A stretch of 64,000 nucleotides of DNA. Source: Candidatus Poribacteria bacterium. GTDB taxonomy: Bacteria; Poribacteria; WGA-4E; PCPOR2b. The stretch covers positions 288,001 through 352,000 of the forward strand of contig OZ242326.1 in the NCBI GenBank assembly GCA_965208325.1, read 5' to 3'. A program made the translations under genes and the position numbers. Shown piece after piece: positions 36,820 through 46,392 of this stretch. The notes below the pieces were generated by a model. That model was not told the DNA's origin. It searched no databases and was given only the letters and a program-made list of their open reading frames with translations. Every line of letters begins with the position of its first letter. Within the stretch, counting starts at the first letter, position 1.

Positions 36820-37623
36820 TCACTCATCTTCTAGACTGAAAATTTTGTTTTTTTCGATTACAAGCTGGCGAAAACAGTTAACAGCTTCTTGTAGTTGCGA
36901 TTCAGCCTCCGCTGCATCAATACCGGTGGAAATGAGATCGACAGGCATGTACTCACTATCAGTACGCCGCAAGGCAATGTACGCCTTCAGATAAACGCCC
37001 GGATGCGTGTTCATCACAACTTGTAACAGTGGCGAAACTTCCGATTCGAACATATTCACATAAACGCGCAATGCCGCCACTCGCGCGCGATAGCGGTCAG
37101 CGATTAGAAGTGCAACGTGGCTGTCAAAGATTGCCTTCATCTCTTCCGGCGGTCCTGGCATCATGAGAATCGTGGACTGATCTTTCGTGACGCTGGAGCA
37201 AGGTGCCCAACCGACAGGATTCTGAAAGATGTGAGCGGTTTCAGGGACAGTTGCCATTTTTATCATGGCAGGGCTAACATCAACACGACTCGTCAATTTA
37301 CGTCTATCCATGAAGCCCGTTAAGGTCGCCTCGTCCACAATCGCCGGTTTTCCGATTATCTTTGCGACAGCCCCGACAGTCATGTCATCGGGTGTTGGCC
37401 CGAGGCCTCCGGTTGTCAAAATAAGGTCTGTTCCTCTGCTAACTGAACTCTCTAGTGCATCTATCATCTCATCAAAATCATCACGAATCATCGTTACTCG
37501 GCGTAGTCTACCTCCCAACTCAAGCATTCGTTGTGCCATCCAAAATGCATTTGTATCCTGAATCTGGCCCAAAATTAACTCGGTCCCAATCGAAAACAGC
37601 TCAATGACAGGTACCTTTTCCAC
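36820..37623 (-). CDS. CinA-like molybdopterin-binding-domain protein (COG1058, no PncC domain)
   Basis: IGTELILGQIQDTN, TTGGLGPTPDDMT, NPVGWAP and PGPPEEM. Confidence 0.88.
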   Translation of the reverse strand: MEKVPVIELFSIGTELILGQIQDTNAFWMAQRMLELGGRLRRVTMIRDDFDEMIDALESSVSRGTDLILTTGGLGPTPDDMTVGAVAKIIGKPAIVDEATLTGFMDRRKLTSRVDVSPAMIKMATVPETAHIFQNPVGWAPCSSVTKDQSTILMMPGPPEEMKAIFDSHVALLIADRYRARVAALRVYVNMFESEVSPLLQVVMNTHPGVYLKAYIALRRTDSEYMPVDLISTGIDAAEAESQLQEAVNCFRQLVIEKNKIFSLEDE

Positions 37624-37735
37624 TTAAACTTCCTCGTGGCCGTGGCCGAGCAACTCGGGTATCGCACTCAAATTGAAGCTATACCTTTTACACATGGATT
37701 CAATTCCCAATCGCTCTGTTTTTCCCAGCACGCCA

Positions 37736-39025
37736 TCATGAATTTAACAAATTGAAAACTAAGCCGGTTGCCATCTTTGGGTAAAAATAGGTGGATTTCT
37801 GCGGCATGGTTTTGTTGGCTGTTGCGACTTGATTGACTTGCGAGACTAGCGTGGGATTCATCAGCAGCGCGACACGTCCTTCGCCGTCCTTGACATAGCG
37901 GATAACTTCATGAGTATCCACTGTGTAGCTAACCTGTTTCTGATGGCTAGGGATTGTTGTATCTATTCCAAATCCTTTATTTATCAAGCGGTCGTGAAGC
38001 AGTGTAACATCAAGCAACTTTGAAGCTGGTGGTTTTTTTTCTTCGTTGACTCGCGGCACAAGGAGGCGGTAATATCCATCGCTAGTATACATGCCAAATG
38101 CAGCGCATGTACCGGCAAGCGCGTAAAGATTTTCGAGAAGTGCGCTCTGGTTTGTGTGCATGGTCACGTCGAACGATTCCGGTAACTGCTTAATTGCTTG
38201 TGTAATCCGGTCAGCGCTCAATCCGTGGAGTAGCCGGTGGATGGCGAGGACTACCAACCCCGGTGATTCCATTCGAACCAGGTTCATCATCATATAATTA
38301 TAACCCTCCTCGCCAGTCCATTCCGAAGCGTGCGCGCGAAGTTCATCACGAAAGGCAAGGGCGGTCTCATAGCGATGGTGTCCATCGGCAATGACCAGCA
38401 ATTTATCTTCAAACGCCGTTTGAATTTCGCGAGTTACAACTGCATCATCTAACCGCCACAGTCGGTGGGTGCTTCCAAAAACCTCCTGTACATCGATCAG
38501 AGGCCGAATTGATGAAGTAAAACGCACTATCGAATGCTCGATTTCTCCCGCTGGATCAGAATACAGGAGGAAAATTGGACTCAAATTGGCGTGGCACGCA
38601 CGCATTAGGTTAAGCCGGTCTGCCTTTGGTGCAGCAAGCGTCTTTTCGTGTGGAAAAACCATTCCCGCCCCAAAAGGTTGTAATTTCCCGACACCTACCA
38701 ACGCCCGCCGCGTAAAACCGTGTCCATCAGGTGTGGTGAACGATTGATCGTAAACGTAGTAGTTCGGCGACGCATCTTGTATTAGAACGCGCTCCGAAAC
38801 CCAATTTCTCAAAGTTGCCGCCGCACGGGTGTATTGATTGTCCGCGTCCGTATCTTTTTCATATGGCTGGCTCAAAATTAGTCGTACGACATTGTTCGCA
38901 TGCTGATTTTCCAAAGTAACCCGCTGTTTTTCTTTAATGACATCATAAGGCGGGGCAACCACTTGTCCGATACAGTTAATTTTTTGGGGGTTGTAACGCA
39001 ACCCGCGAAAAGGTAAGATTTCCAC
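37736..39025 (-). CDS. DUF1015 family protein
   Basis: PFRGLRY, APPYDVI, PHEKTL...KADRL, IADGHHRYETA and MPQKSTYFYPK. Start is GTG 39025 or 39037. Confidence 0.92.
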   Translation of the reverse strand: MEILPFRGLRYNPQKINCIGQVVAPPYDVIKEKQRVTLENQHANNVVRLILSQPYEKDTDADNQYTRAAATLRNWVSERVLIQDASPNYYVYDQSFTTPDGHGFTRRALVGVGKLQPFGAGMVFPHEKTLAAPKADRLNLMRACHANLSPIFLLYSDPAGEIEHSIVRFTSSIRPLIDVQEVFGSTHRLWRLDDAVVTREIQTAFEDKLLVIADGHHRYETALAFRDELRAHASEWTGEEGYNYMMMNLVRMESPGLVVLAIHRLLHGLSADRITQAIKQLPESFDVTMHTNQSALLENLYALAGTCAAFGMYTSDGYYRLLVPRVNEEKKPPASKLLDVTLLHDRLINKGFGIDTTIPSHQKQVSYTVDTHEVIRYVKDGEGRVALLMNPTLVSQVNQVATANKTMPQKSTYFYPKMATGLVFNLLNS

Positions 39026-39027
39026 GT

Positions 39028-39957
39028 TTAATCCCACAACCTCGTGCTGAAATACCGTTCTCCGAGATCGTTGAAAATGGTGACAATTGTGCCGTTTTGA
39101 ATCTGTTTAGCGACTTCGTAAGCGCCCTGCAGATATCCTCCCGAAGATTGCCCAACGAACCAGCCGCGCTTTGCGAGCCGGCTGCACATTTCATACGCTT
39201 GATCGATTGTCACAGGTATCCTGCAATCGATAATGTCTTTATCGAGAATCTCTGGTACAATGTTCCCAGGCTTTCCCAGCGGTTTTAGGCCTTCGATTCC
39301 AGGGAACTCATCGGGGGCGATGCAACAAATTTGGATTTCTGGGTCGTATTGCTTAAATCGCCTTCCAATGCCTGTTATAGTCCCGCCCGTACCCACTCCG
39401 GCGACAAAATGAGTCACTTTACCGCCGGTCTGCTCCCAAATTTCAATCGCTGTTGTGTCATAATGCCCACGCCAGTTGTTTTCGTTGCCGTACTGATCCG
39501 CCATATAATATTTCTCTGGATTCGCCTCATGGCGGCGAATCGCTTCGTGCAACGCTTCGTCATATCCGTGAATTGCATCGGTGTAAATGATTTTCGCTCC
39601 ATGCGCTTGAATTCGCTTTTTCCGCTCCTCACTGGCATTGCTAGGCATTACAAGTTCAACCCGATAACCTAAAATGCCGCCAATCATGGCATAGGCGATC
39701 CCTGCGTTTCCCGATGTGGAATCTAGGATAGTTTTTCCCGGTGTTAATTTTCCCGCTATAACTGCTTCAGTCAACATTCTGAGTACGGGGCGATCCTTAA
39801 TTGAGTAACCTGGATTATACATCTCGGCTTTCGCATAAATATTGACGCCAGGAAACTCATCGGCAAAAAGATCGATTTTGACAAGGGGGGTATTTCCAAT
39901 TTGTTGAAGGAGTGGGTAGCTCGAAAGATTAAAAGAACTAGCGGACCGTCTACTCAT
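39028..39957 (-). CDS. cysM: PLP-dependent cysteine synthase, CysM-like
   Basis: IGNTPL, NPGYSIKDR, STSGNAG, DQYGN, GVGTGGT, IEGLK and GERYFS. Confidence 0.85.
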   Translation of the reverse strand: MSRRSASSFNLSSYPLLQQIGNTPLVKIDLFADEFPGVNIYAKAEMYNPGYSIKDRPVLRMLTEAVIAGKLTPGKTILDSTSGNAGIAYAMIGGILGYRVELVMPSNASEERKKRIQAHGAKIIYTDAIHGYDEALHEAIRRHEANPEKYYMADQYGNENNWRGHYDTTAIEIWEQTGGKVTHFVAGVGTGGTITGIGRRFKQYDPEIQICCIAPDEFPGIEGLKPLGKPGNIVPEILDKDIIDCRIPVTIDQAYEMCSRLAKRGWFVGQSSGGYLQGAYEVAKQIQNGTIVTIFNDLGERYFSTRLWD

Positions 39958-40111
39958 TTAAAATTATGCATTCCTTCTTTAGCCACTCTCCCGGCTGTTT
40001 AACGTTAAGGCGAACAGATCAAAAAAACGGTCAGGCGTCTCGAACAGTAATCAATGAAGTCGCGGAAAGTAAGCATCGGCAGGAAAAAATTCTGAACTCT
40101 CCGTGGAATCA

Positions 40112-40894
40112 TCACTCAAGAGGATTATCAAGCGTTCCTATCAAACTTGCTAGGTAATCGCGATCTCTTTGCAAGGCTTCTAACTTATCATCCCCATGAA
40201 CAAACTCAACTTCGAGATAGCCCTCATATTCGTGAGAGTTTAAGATTTCAATAACTCTAGCGTAATCCACAACACCCTCCGCGATCGGACAACCGTTTCC
40301 ACTTGCATCAGCATTTTGGGCATGCACATTGACTATATGAGGCGCGAGTTTTTCCGCGGCGTCGTACGGGTCATCTTCATCTGATCCGAAGAAGGGCTGG
40401 TAGTAGGTTTTTAGGGCGGGCAATTCCACATTTTCAACAAGTTCAAGGGTGCTAGCGATACTGTCCGTTAAATTGTTGTTATGCATTTCCAGACCTAGTG
40501 TGAGTTGGCGAAATTGCGCCCACTGGGTGAGACTCGTCAATCGGAAGTTAATCATGCGTTTGTCTTCAGGATTAATGGTCTTGGAAGGGCCGCCTCCCGA
40601 CCAAATTCGCACAAGATTGGTGCGCAACCCCTGCGCGATTTTAAAAGCTTCTTCCAAATGCTGCTGATACCAAGGCATGAGCGGGTTTACATAAGAGCCA
40701 AGAGCTGAGACTGCTAATCCTTTTCCCAATACCATCTCTCTTACCTTTTGCACGTGTTCCGCATCGTAAGTTGGCGGCATGTGCGGCTCTTTTCCCCAAA
40801 TTTCGATGCCATCAAAACCGTAATCCGCCGCAATATTTACAACCTCCTCAAGAGGTTTCTCACGAAAAGCAATTGTGCACAGACCTAACTTCAT
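40112..40894 (-). CDS. Sugar phosphate isomerase/epimerase (xylose-isomerase-like TIM barrel)
   Basis: GFDGIEIW, LEMH, NVHAQN and YLEVEF. Confidence 0.85.
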   Translation of the reverse strand: MKLGLCTIAFREKPLEEVVNIAADYGFDGIEIWGKEPHMPPTYDAEHVQKVREMVLGKGLAVSALGSYVNPLMPWYQQHLEEAFKIAQGLRTNLVRIWSGGGPSKTINPEDKRMINFRLTSLTQWAQFRQLTLGLEMHNNNLTDSIASTLELVENVELPALKTYYQPFFGSDEDDPYDAAEKLAPHIVNVHAQNADASGNGCPIAEGVVDYARVIEILNSHEYEGYLEVEFVHGDDKLEALQRDRDYLASLIGTLDNPLE

Positions 40895-41105
40895 CTCAAA
40901 CTCGCCTTCCCTATGTTGGTTGTATGTTGGCGCATATCAGTATCCAAAAGCATACCACAAACAGAATTATCTTTCAACCGAATCTTAGCAAAATTAGCTT
41001 CACGGTTTTTCAGATTCCAATAAGTAAACTCGGCATTTTTTGAATTATAAGGAATTTTCATCGTCTCGGCAATGTTCTAGTACGGAGTACGGTTTGTACG
41101 GATTT

Positions 41106-42251
41106 TCAAACGCCCGCAGGATAGAAAGTCGCCGTTTGTGTGTTTACAAACTTGGAAGCATTACGTAAAGTAATCCCTTGATTCCCGTAGACTGTCCTAA
41201 GTTGACCGCAAGCAGCAGTGATATCTTTGCCTTTGCTGAAACGAATTGGCGCGATATAGCACTTTTTCGAAACAATCCGGCGAAACTGTTCAATCCGATT
41301 AGCCTCTGGGCGGCGAAACTCGGAATCTTCGATTTCGTTGAAGGGGATTATATTCAGCTTACACGGTAAGCGGCTCATAAGTTTACAGATGCGATGGGCG
41401 TCCTCAACCCCATCATTCACGTCTCGAATAAGGACATATTCCAACGTGACGGGGTTTCCAGACGCCAATGTCCACTCCCGCGCGGCGTCGAGCACATCTG
41501 CGATTGGGTATCGCGTATTGATTGGCATGAGTCGCATGCGGACTTTATCCGTTGTTGCGTTCAGTGAGAGTGCTAACTGGCATTTCAACCCTTCTCTGGC
41601 AAATTGTCGCATACGAGGGGCTAGCCCGACGGTTGACACCGTGATTCTCCTCTCCGGTAAACCCAAGCCTTCAACACGAGTCATAAGACGCACTGCATTC
41701 ACGGTTTGATCGTAGTTTGCCAGCGGTTCTCCCATACCCATGAACACAACATGGGTTACGTCTTTGTCGCCATCCAACTCGCGCTGAATGGCGATCACTT
41801 GATCCACGATTTCAGCCGATGATAGATTGCGGAAAAAACCCATTTTCCCCGTTGCACAAAAGTCACATGCCATTGCACAACCTACCTGCGATGAGACGCA
41901 TACCGTCATGCGACTTCGGTCCGGCATCAGCACACTTTCGATACGGCTCCCATCTGCAAGTTCAAACAAATATTTGACAGCCGAATCCAAATCGGACTCG
42001 GCGCGGGCACAAACCCTGATATCGCTGACGCAAGCCGCATCAGACAATTTCCGCCTAAATGATTTGGGCAGATTCGTCATCATTTGAAAATCTGTTTCGC
42101 AGTGATGGTACAGCCATGACATCAGTTGTTTTGCGCGAAATTTTGGCTCTCTCCACCCTTCAACCAATTCCTCCAGCTCCAGAAGTGGCAAACCCTTCAA
42201 GTTAACCTTGCTCATGGGTAATTCTGTATGTGTCATGCCGTTCTCATCCAT
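41106..42251 (-). CDS. rlmN: 23S rRNA m2A2503/tRNA m2A37 methyltransferase RlmN
   Basis: CVSSQVGCAMACDFC, VFMGMGEP, ITVSTVG, TLEY and AACGQL. Confidence 0.96.
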   Translation of the reverse strand: MDENGMTHTELPMSKVNLKGLPLLELEELVEGWREPKFRAKQLMSWLYHHCETDFQMMTNLPKSFRRKLSDAACVSDIRVCARAESDLDSAVKYLFELADGSRIESVLMPDRSRMTVCVSSQVGCAMACDFCATGKMGFFRNLSSAEIVDQVIAIQRELDGDKDVTHVVFMGMGEPLANYDQTVNAVRLMTRVEGLGLPERRITVSTVGLAPRMRQFAREGLKCQLALSLNATTDKVRMRLMPINTRYPIADVLDAAREWTLASGNPVTLEYVLIRDVNDGVEDAHRICKLMSRLPCKLNIIPFNEIEDSEFRRPEANRIEQFRRIVSKKCYIAPIRFSKGKDITAACGQLRTVYGNQGITLRNASKFVNTQTATFYPAGV

Positions 42252-43689
42252 CTAATTTACGCGTCAAAAGTTGATTTACCAGTTGCGGATTTGCCTTGCC
42301 TTTTGTCGCTTTCATTACTTGACCGACGAGGAAGCCAAGTGCTTTCTTTGTACCGTTTCGGTAATCTTGGACGGGACCCGAATGCGCCTCAACTACTTGA
42401 TTGACAATCGCGTCAATCTCGGATTCGTCAGTAATTTGCGAAAGCCCTTTTTGCTTGACGATTTCTTCTGGCGATTTGCCAGTTTTAAAGACATCGGCAA
42501 TCACCTGCTTAGCAATTTTTCCGCTGATAGTTGTATCATTAATCAGCATTATTAATTTACTGAGCTGGACAGGCGTAATTCTGGAATCCTGTATCTCGAA
42601 TCCTTCACTGTTTAGCAACCCCGATAGATCGCCGATAATCCAGTTGCTACTAGCTTTCGGATCGCCGCATAGGCGTGTAGTCTCATCAAAAAAGTCCGCC
42701 ATGTACCGGGTTTCGGTGAGAATGATAGCGTCGGAAGCGGAAATGCCGTAGTCTTCCACAAAGCGTTTGCGTCGATCGAACGGCGCCTCCGGTAACAATG
42801 ATTTGATTTGTTCAATCTCTTCAACATTTGCCTCAAACGGTACAAGATCTGGCTCGGGGAAATAGCGGTAATCGTGAGCCTCCTCCTTGCTCCGCATAGG
42901 AGATGTCTTGCCAGTATTCAAATCAAACAATATTGTGTTTTGCTTGACCTGTCCCCCTTCATCAAGGATCATGGCTTGCCGTTTTTGTTCGAATTTTAAG
43001 GCGGTCATTACATGCTGGAATGAATTCTTGTTTTTCAATTCTGTCCGAGTTCCCAATTCTTCGCTGTCAACCAAACGCAATGAGAGGTTCGCATCGCAGC
43101 GAAAGTTTCCTTCTTCCATATTGCAATCGCTAACATCAATGTATTCCAGGATTTCCTTCACGCTGCGCCAATAGGCGACTGCCTCCTCTGGTGAATTCAA
43201 ATCCGGTTCACTTACAATTTCCAACAACGGTACGCCCGCGCGGTTAAAATCGACATAGCTTTGACTAGGATTCCCCGTCACGTCCGCGTGAACGAGTTTT
43301 GCAGCTTCTTCCTCTAAGTGTATTTGATGAATATGTACGCGATGAATTGTCCCCGAAAATTCAAAATCCACATAGCCATTTTTGGCTAGAGGATAGTGCT
43401 TCTGTGAAATTTGGTATCCTTTTGGCAAATCCGGATAAAAATAGTTCTTGCGGTCAAACTTACTGAAAGTTGCAATCTCGCAATTCATCGCTAAAGCCGC
43501 GCGAATTGCAAATGAGATTGCCCTCTCATTTAACACCGGCAGTACACCGGGCATACCTAAACAGATTGGGCAGGTTTGTGCGTTTGGGGCGGTTCCAAAC
43601 ATCACTTCACAGTCGCAGAATAGCTTACTTTTTGTGGACAATTCGGCATGGATCTCCAGACCGATTACGGATTCATATCTGTTTCCCAT
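42244..43689 (-). CDS. gatB: Asp-tRNA(Asn)/Glu-tRNA(Gln) amidotransferase subunit B
   Basis: IGLEIH, DRKNYFYPDLPKGYQISQ, DFNRAGVPLLEIV, DYRYFPEPDL and GQVMK..KGKANP. Confidence 0.98.
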   Translation of the reverse strand: MGNRYESVIGLEIHAELSTKSKLFCDCEVMFGTAPNAQTCPICLGMPGVLPVLNERAISFAIRAALAMNCEIATFSKFDRKNYFYPDLPKGYQISQKHYPLAKNGYVDFEFSGTIHRVHIHQIHLEEEAAKLVHADVTGNPSQSYVDFNRAGVPLLEIVSEPDLNSPEEAVAYWRSVKEILEYIDVSDCNMEEGNFRCDANLSLRLVDSEELGTRTELKNKNSFQHVMTALKFEQKRQAMILDEGGQVKQNTILFDLNTGKTSPMRSKEEAHDYRYFPEPDLVPFEANVEEIEQIKSLLPEAPFDRRKRFVEDYGISASDAIILTETRYMADFFDETTRLCGDPKASSNWIIGDLSGLLNSEGFEIQDSRITPVQLSKLIMLINDTTISGKIAKQVIADVFKTGKSPEEIVKQKGLSQITDESEIDAIVNQVVEAHSGPVQDYRNGTKKALGFLVGQVMKATKGKANPQLVNQLLTRKLDG

Positions 43690-43816
43690 GATTTACTCCA
43701 AATCGTGCGAGATGCACCCAACGTAATATAGGTAACTTACTACCTCTCCCTAACGCGTCCTCGGTTTGGCAAATACAAGAATGTGGACGGTCATAACCTG
43801 CCTTCTGGTTTTGAGT

Positions 43817-44257
43817 TCAAGTTGCGGTTTTCTGGTTGAAGTAGACTGGATCGGGTTTAACCCACGTTTCTCCGCCGTCTTCCCAAACCTCGCGTTTCCA
43901 AATGGGTACTATTTGTTTCAGGCGGTCCATCGCGTATTTGCACGCTTCAAATCCGTCTTTGCGGTGCGGTGCCGCAATGGCTACCGCAACACTAATTTCA
44001 CCAATTTTAAGGCGCCCGATACGGTGAATCATAGCCACTCGATCCAATCCCCATTTTTCGAAAATCTCACGGGCGATTTCACCCATCTTCATTTCCGCCA
44101 TTTGCGGATAGGCTTCGTATTCGAGGTAGGAAACTTTGCGTCCGCCAGTATTGTCGCGCACAATACCCAAAAATGGCACAATTGCGCCAGCATTTTCTGC
44201 TTTGACCGCATGGATTACGTCTTCGGGAGCAATAGGCTGGTTGGTAATTTTAAACAT
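43817..44257 (-). CDS. moaE: Molybdopterin synthase catalytic subunit
   Basis: GAIVPFLGIVR, LEYEAY, HRIGRL, APHRKDGF and VPIWKRE. Confidence 0.95.
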   Translation of the reverse strand: MFKITNQPIAPEDVIHAVKAENAGAIVPFLGIVRDNTGGRKVSYLEYEAYPQMAEMKMGEIAREIFEKWGLDRVAMIHRIGRLKIGEISVAVAIAAPHRKDGFEACKYAMDRLKQIVPIWKREVWEDGGETWVKPDPVYFNQKTAT

Positions 44258-44504
44258 CGATCCCTCCCGTAACAGGTGGAATCAACGCGACTTCGTCACC
44301 GTCTGAAAGTTCGGTCTGTTCCGTAGCATACTCCCAATTTACAGACATCTGCATCACCTCGTAATATTCTGGAATTTCGGGCCACTCCCTTTCGAGGCGC
44401 TTCAGGACATCCATTAAGACGGCTCCGTCTGGCAGTTCCATCTCCTCCTCGTCTCGATTGAACATTTCTCGGCACACCGCAAAGTATTTGACTTTCACTT
44501 TCAT
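44250..44504 (-). CDS. moaD: Sulfur carrier protein MoaD/ThiS family, with three residues after the Gly-Gly
   Basis: MKVKVKYFA...SVNWEY...LSDGDEVALIPPVTGG-IDV; GAGG RBS before ATG 44504. Confidence 0.92.
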   Translation of the reverse strand: MKVKVKYFAVCREMFNRDEEEMELPDGAVLMDVLKRLEREWPEIPEYYEVMQMSVNWEYATEQTELSDGDEVALIPPVTGGIDV

Positions 44505-44660
44505 TATTTTCCTCATCCATCGAGCGAATTGCAATCAATATCCGATATTCAATTCACGCGTTCAGCATATCTTTAGGTAGACGCGCAAAATGACCAAAAC
44601 ATTATACCTCAAGGCGCATTCTGAATACAAAGCAAAAACCGACCTTAACTCAAATTGCCG

Positions 44661-44689
44661 TTGACATGGATTGAACGCTTTGATACAAT
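44661..44689 (+). promoter_or_regulatory. Sigma70-type promoter for pncB (extended -10)
   Basis: TTGACA-N17-TACAAT with TGn. It overlaps the ORF-track TTG start, so the true start lies downstream. Confidence 0.75.
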
Positions 44690-44820
44690 TTATTTCACAT
44701 CTGTTTCATTCCGTATTACATTGTCCGACCCATGAAAGAAACAACTGTACCAGTTCCTGCAATTGGACAGTCCCGCGAAAAATTAGAGATGTTTTGAGAG
44801 ATGCCTCCAATAATCTTTGT

Positions 44821-46299
44821 ATGTCTGAGCAAACGTCTGGAATCCGCTCAATTATGAGAGAACCTCGGTCCGCCCTCCTCACTGAATCAAATATGGCGCT
44901 GTTCCTAGACTATTACGAACTCACTATGGGCAAAGCCAATTTTGACAGCGAAAACAACACAATTTGCAGTGAAAATTACTTCGTTCGTGCTATCCCGCAG
45001 GGTGAGTACCTGATTGCATCAGGCCTGGAACAGATTATCCACTATATTCTCAATCTCCGGTTTACCGATTCCGATTTAAAGTGGTTAAAGGCAAGTAAAG
45101 ATACGCCGGAGATGAGCGGCGAATTTCTCGATTATCTTCGTAACTTCAAATTCGATGGGGATGTCTACGCCGTACGTGAAGGAACACCCGTCTTTGCAAA
45201 CCAGCCGCTAATCAATGTTACCGGCAGATCCATTGACGTGCAAATCTTCGAAACTTACCTCCTCAACGTAATGAACTTCCAGACGTTAATTGCAACCAAA
45301 ACAGCGCGAATTGTTCATGCCGCACGCAATCGAAATTGCTTCGATTTTGGCGCACGCCGGGCGCACGGGAGAGACGCTGGCATTCTGGCAGCTCGAGCGG
45401 CATTTATCGGCGGCGCATCTGGAACCTCCCTTGTGGTCGCAGGACAGAAGTTCAACATCCCTTACGTCGGGACAATGGCACACAAATTCATTCAGGATTT
45501 TCCTTCCGAGCTAGAAGCCTTTCGCACCTACGCCCAATCGTTCCCTTATAACACCACACTGCTAATCGATACCTATGACACTATTCAGGGCGCAAAGCAT
45601 GCGTGTATCGTTGGGGCAGAAATGAAGGCGAAAGGACAAAATTTGATGGCGGTTCGGTTAGACAGCGGTGATACACTGAAACTTAGCAAGTCGGTCAGAA
45701 AGATTTTCGATGACGCCGGACTAAAAGATGTGCTAATTTTTGCAAGCAATGACCTTGATGAATTTCAGATTGACAATCTAGTCCGAAATGTCGCGCCAAT
45801 AGATGGATTTGGCGTTGGTACGCGGCTGGCAACAGGTGCTAACTTTAATCCGTTGACGAATGAAGGCGGCCCGTCGGCATTGCCTGGTGTTTACAAGCAC
45901 GTTGAACGCATGGTGGATAATAAGGTCATTCCAACCATGAAATTCAGTGATGATTCGGGTAAATCCACCCTTCCCGGTAGAAAACAGATTTACCGGATTT
46001 ACGACTCCCATGGAAATTACGTGGAGGATGTGGTTAGTCTCTGGGATGAAAACATACAAAAGGTCGAATCTCAATCCGAACTATACACGATGCATCCGTT
46101 ACTAACTCCAATTGTTCTCCAGGGAGCATTGGTTTATTCATTTCCGGATTTGATAGAGGTGCAAAACCTTGCTAAATCCGAACTGTCCAAACTTCCTGAA
46201 CCCTACAGAAGGTTGACTGGAGCCGAGAAGTATCCTGTGGTTTTAAGTAAAGGATTGAAAAACTTACACAAGGATTTATCCGAATCCAAAATCCGATGA
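44821..46299 (+). CDS. pncB: Nicotinate phosphoribosyltransferase
   Basis: DYYELTM, DFGARRAHG, GTMAH, LIDTYD, VRLDSGD, ASNDLDE, GFGVGT and TLPGRKQ. Confidence 0.95.
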   Translation: MSEQTSGIRSIMREPRSALLTESNMALFLDYYELTMGKANFDSENNTICSENYFVRAIPQGEYLIASGLEQIIHYILNLRFTDSDLKWLKASKDTPEMSGEFLDYLRNFKFDGDVYAVREGTPVFANQPLINVTGRSIDVQIFETYLLNVMNFQTLIATKTARIVHAARNRNCFDFGARRAHGRDAGILAARAAFIGGASGTSLVVAGQKFNIPYVGTMAHKFIQDFPSELEAFRTYAQSFPYNTTLLIDTYDTIQGAKHACIVGAEMKAKGQNLMAVRLDSGDTLKLSKSVRKIFDDAGLKDVLIFASNDLDEFQIDNLVRNVAPIDGFGVGTRLATGANFNPLTNEGGPSALPGVYKHVERMVDNKVIPTMKFSDDSGKSTLPGRKQIYRIYDSHGNYVEDVVSLWDENIQKVESQSELYTMHPLLTPIVLQGALVYSFPDLIEVQNLAKSELSKLPEPYRRLTGAEKYPVVLSKGLKNLHKDLSESKIR

Positions 46300-46392
46300 A
46301 TGGCAACAGAATGGTTCATTAAAATTTTGGATTGAAACAGTGCTATCGTTACTAAAATTTTGTTTTGTTGACACGTAAACACGGAGGCTAAC

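Noticed and set aside
43766..44272. 168-aa plus-strand ORF with an apparent lipobox
   Set aside because: Antisense shadow of moaE.
44671..44820. 50-aa N-terminal extension of PncB
   Set aside because: The TTG start lies inside the TTGACA-N17-TACAAT promoter.
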